This document shows positions 61,095 through 64,000 of a DNA stretch of 64,000 nt, piece by piece. Numbering within the stretch: the stretch's first letter is position 1; each line of letters opens with the position of its first letter. Origin of the DNA: Alphaproteobacteria bacterium. Lineage in GTDB: Bacteria > Pseudomonadota > Alphaproteobacteria > UBA11136. The stretch covers positions 5,857 to 69,856 of the forward strand of contig JADHSZ010000005.1 in assembly GCA_016776635.1 (NCBI GenBank). The letters run 5' to 3'. Position numbers and translations under genes: made by a program. The notes beneath the pieces are model-generated. The model was not told the origin of the DNA. It made no database searches and saw nothing but the letters and a program-made list of their open reading frames with translations.

Positions 61095-61202
61095 GGCCCT
61101 GAGTTATAAGCGGCAACGCCCCGCCACGCAAAGCCGCCCTTGCCAAACCTATCCTCCTCCCCTAACTGATACGGGAGCGTATCTAAGCCGTATGGAGCCC
61201 AC

Positions 61203-62120
61203 ATGACCGATACAAGCGCCATCCTTCTCGAAAACAGAGGCATTCTCGCCGTAAGCGGCGGCGATGCGCGGGAGTTCCTTCAGGGGCTGGTGTCCAACGA
61301 CCTGGGCAAGGTTTCGCCCACACAGGCGGTCTACGCCGCCCTGTTGACGCCCCAGGGGCGCTATCTCCATGATTTCTTCATTACGGAGGTAGATGGCGTA
61401 TTTCTTCTCGACTGTGAAGCGGAACGTAGCGCCGACCTCTTGAAGCGCTTGAAGGTCTACACCCTGCGTTCGGAGGTGAGCCTCGCCGACGCGTCTGCCG
61501 ACTATGCGGCGGTCGTCTTTATGGGTGACGGCGCGGGTGAAACGCTGGGGCTTTCGGGAACTCCGGGAGAAGCCATGGCTTTTGGCGGCGGTCTGGCCTA
61601 CACCGATCCGCGTCTGGCGGCACTGGGCGCGCGCGTTCTGGTGCCCCGCGACGGGGCTGAATCGGCCCTGGAGGCCGCCGGGTTTTCCCTCGGCAAGACG
61701 GAGGATTACGAACGGCTGCGGCTGGAACTGGGGGTTCCCGACGGATCGCGCGACATGGAGGTGGAAAAGGCCCTGTTGCTGGAGAACGGGTTCGACGAGC
61801 TGCATGGCGTGGACTGGGAGAAAGGCTGTTACATGGGGCAGGAATTGACCGCCCGCACCAAGCACCGCGGGCTGGTGAGGAAGCGCCTGATGCCGGTGGC
61901 CGTGGACGGCCCCCTTCCCGCCCCCGGCACGCCGGTAATGCTGGGAGAGGCGGAAGTGGGAACCGTGGCTTCGGGGCTGGGAGATCACGCGCTGGCCATG
62001 TTGCGGCTCGAGGCGGTGGAGAATGCGCAGGCGCAAGGTGAAACGCTGAGCGCCGGAGAGGCGCGTCTGACGCCGCAGCAGCCGGACTGGATGAAAATCG
62101 AAACGGCGGAAGAGGGGTAA
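61203..62120 (+). CDS. ygfZ: Folate-binding Fe-S cluster repair/assembly factor YgfZ (CAF17 family)
   Basis: GcvT-like fold, conserved KGCYxGQE motif (KGCYMGQELTARTKHRG). Confidence 0.7.
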   Translation: MTDTSAILLENRGILAVSGGDAREFLQGLVSNDLGKVSPTQAVYAALLTPQGRYLHDFFITEVDGVFLLDCEAERSADLLKRLKVYTLRSEVSLADASADYAAVVFMGDGAGETLGLSGTPGEAMAFGGGLAYTDPRLAALGARVLVPRDGAESALEAAGFSLGKTEDYERLRLELGVPDGSRDMEVEKALLLENGFDELHGVDWEKGCYMGQELTARTKHRGLVRKRLMPVAVDGPLPAPGTPVMLGEAEVGTVASGLGDHALAMLRLEAVENAQAQGETLSAGEARLTPQQPDWMKIETAEEG

Positions 62121-62126
62121 CGTCCC

Positions 62127-63657
62127 TCAGCGGGTGCGGATGCGGCCAGAAACCTTGGGCGAGACCGTGCCGTGGCGGGAGAGGTAAATCATAAGCGCCT
62201 GGGCCATGGTCAGGCCGGTGGCTTTCTCGTCACGGCCCCGGGCCAGCATTTTGTAGCCATTGCCACCCTGGTACATGTAGTCGTTCACCGCCACCCTGTA
62301 GCCGCGATCCGGATCGAGGGGCTTGCCGCCCACCTCCACCGAGATCACGCGCCGGCCCTTTGGGGCATGGGGGTCATAGACGAAATCCAGCCCCGAGACC
62401 TGGAGAAAACGCCCCGACATATCCGCCACCTTTGATACCCCGTTTTCCAGCGCCGCGCGCAGTTGCGCCCCGGTGAGAGTCAGTGACAACACCTTGGAGG
62501 GGAAAGGCAGGATCGAGAGAATGTCTTTTCGGGTCAGTTCGCCCGGCCCCAAAACGCGGTCGCCCCTGAGGGAGCCGCCGTTGAACAGGGCGATCTCGGC
62601 GTCCACGGCGGCGGCCATGGAATCGGCCACCAGATCACCGAGATTGGACTCGCCGCCGCGCACCACGGCGCGGCGTCCATCCAGCGCCACCGTGGTCTTC
62701 CCCACCAGCGCCGAGAGATCGTCTTTCAGCGTATCCTCATAGACCGCCACCTTGGCGGCGATGGCGGGTTCGGCGGCGACGCCACGGGTCGGGATCATGC
62801 GCCAGGAGGGCGTCACGGAAATCGTTTCCGCGCCTTTTTCGTCCCTCCCCCTGGTCACCTCCAGTTCCACCACGCCAAGGTAATGGGCGTCGAAACCGGC
62901 CTTGTGGATGAGCACGCCGTTTTCAAAATAGGTAATGGGGATATGATCATGGCCGCCGAGGATGAGGTCAATGCCCGCCACCTCGTGGGCAAGTTGGAGG
63001 TCACCCTTGATATGAAGGTGAGTCAGGGCGACGGATGATCTCCGCCCCGGCAGCGCGCAGGGACGCCACCGCCTTGGTGGCGGCGGCCGCCACCGAGACG
63101 AAGGTGATGTCCGGCCCCGGAGAAGAGAGCGTCGCCGTTTTCGGCGTCAGGATGCCGAAAAACCCTACCGTCACGTCCCCGGCCCGCACCAGATGGGTAT
63201 CCTTCAGCCCCAGGGCGGGGGTGCTGCCGCCACGGGTGATCACATTGCTGCCGAGCCAGGGAAACTTCGATTCGCTGAAACGAGCGGCCGCCACGTCGGG
63301 TCCGAAGTCGAATTCATGATTGCCCACCACCGCCACATCCATACCGATGGCGTTCATCAGCGCCACCATCTGTTTGCCCTTGAAGCTGGCCGAGAGCAGG
63401 GAGGGCGAGAACAGGTCGCCGCCGAAAGTGGTGATGGCCCGGGGGTGTTTCGCCCGCTCGGCGGCAAGCAGGGTCATGAGCGGGGCGAAACCGCCCTGCC
63501 CGTCCTGGGGTGCGATTTGATAGATGTCGTTCACATGGAGGAAAGTGAGGCGGGCGGAGTCGCCTGCCCGTGCCGGAGGCGCGAAGAGAAAAACAGCCGG
63601 GGAGACGCAGAGGAGGACGGCCACCAACAGGGAAATCCACCATCCGCGCCGTGTCAT
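62127..63657 (-). pseudogene. Bifunctional 5'-nucleotidase/UDP-sugar hydrolase (UshA-like) disrupted by a +1 frameshift
   Basis: N-terminal metallophosphatase half (63001-63657: LTFLHVNDIYQ, GNHEFD) and C-terminal 5'-nucleotidase half (62127-62981: GIDLILGGHDH) are in different frames. Frame B read upstream of 62981 gives SSVALTHLHIKGDLQLAHEVAGIDLILGGHDH, contiguous with the protein. The frames switch between ...AGAEII and VALTHL at the sequence GAGATCATC-C-GTCGCC (extra C near 63033). Confidence 0.65.
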
Positions 63658-63661
63658 GGGT

Positions 63662-64000
63662 CTATCCCTCGATCTTGGAGAAATCGGCCACCGCGCCCAT
63701 GACCCCGCCGATATGGGAGAGCAGTTTGAGCCGGTTGGCGCGCAGGCTTACATCCTCGCAATTGACGGTCACATGGTCAAAGAAAGCATCCACGGGAGCG
63801 CGTAGCGCCGCCATTGCGGTCATGGCGGCGGTGAAATCCTCGGCCTTGAGTTTGGCCGTGCTTTCCTTTTCCACCGCACCCAGGGCCTCATGGAGGGTTT
63901 TTTCTTCATCCGCTTCGAGACGCTTCGCCTCCACCTTGCCACCATGGGAGGCGCCGTCCTTCTTTTCCTCAATGGCGACGATATTCACCGCGCGGTTATA
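63662..64000 (-). CDS. glyS: Glycine--tRNA ligase beta subunit, C-terminal fragment (gene runs off the right edge)
   Basis: C-terminal ...VNCEDVSLRANRLKLLSHIGGVMGAVADFSKIEG resembles the GlyS C-terminus (NRL.LL...AD.S). The window ends inside the gene. Confidence 0.5.
   Translation of the reverse strand, partial: YNRAVNIVAIEEKKDGASHGGKVEAKRLEADEEKTLHEALGAVEKESTAKLKAEDFTAAMTAMAALRAPVDAFFDHVTVNCEDVSLRANRLKLLSHIGGVMGAVADFSKIEG

Overview
This 64 kb window is high-GC (about 65%) and densely packed with housekeeping genes. The gene content and order point to an alphaproteobacterial chromosome of the Rhodospirillales/Magnetospirillum type, though that assignment is inferred from gene repertoire only. 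Features and findings below run in coordinate order.

An intact, ten-gene Fe-S cluster biogenesis operon occupies the minus strand from 4244 to 12381: cysE-iscR-nifS-like-iscS-iscU-iscA-hscB-hscA-fdx-iscX, with mnmA immediately downstream. A 23/25 match to the IscR type-1 operator lies in its upstream region.

Other recognisable genes are typA/bipA, a tRNA-Met(CAU), anmK divergent from tyrS, glnE-bcp, the amiC-mrcA(PBP1A)-prfB block, rne, aroQ-accB-accC-aat, a long B12-dependent nrdJ, pyrC, and an asnB-plus-glycosyltransferase (GT4/GT4/GT2/GT9) cluster. prfB carries the classical programmed +1 frameshift site, AGGAGG-N3-CUU-UGA-C.

The stretch most worth a second look is 23.5-27.2 kb. There, a roughly 26-29 bp repeat occurs three times. 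Two direct copies start at the stop codons of bcp and of an Hpt-plus-degenerate-receiver gene and so bracket that gene precisely. A third, inverted copy lies 210 bp further on, giving a MITE-like pair. Next to it are palindromic GTGAC operators in front of a TPR-GT9 fusion gene. Beyond that is a stand-alone cNMP-binding protein with no DNA-binding domain, preceded by a perfect TGTGA-N6-TCACA site and tandem repeats.

Further oddities follow. A lower-GC secreted ankyrin-repeat gene is flanked by a 12-13 bp direct repeat. A conserved NDUFA12-like / MlaD x2 / DUF2155 cluster carries several tandem duplications. The last 22 bp of an aminotransferase gene is duplicated twice in tandem downstream of it, and rne contains in-frame tandem repeats. 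An HD-GYP phosphodiesterase has a periodic Arg/Glu-rich insert in its GAF domain. A UshA-like 5'-nucleotidase is broken by a +1 frameshift.

No CRISPR array, rRNA, transposase or recognisable defence island was found. The many long antisense ORFs in the six-frame track are high-GC artefacts.
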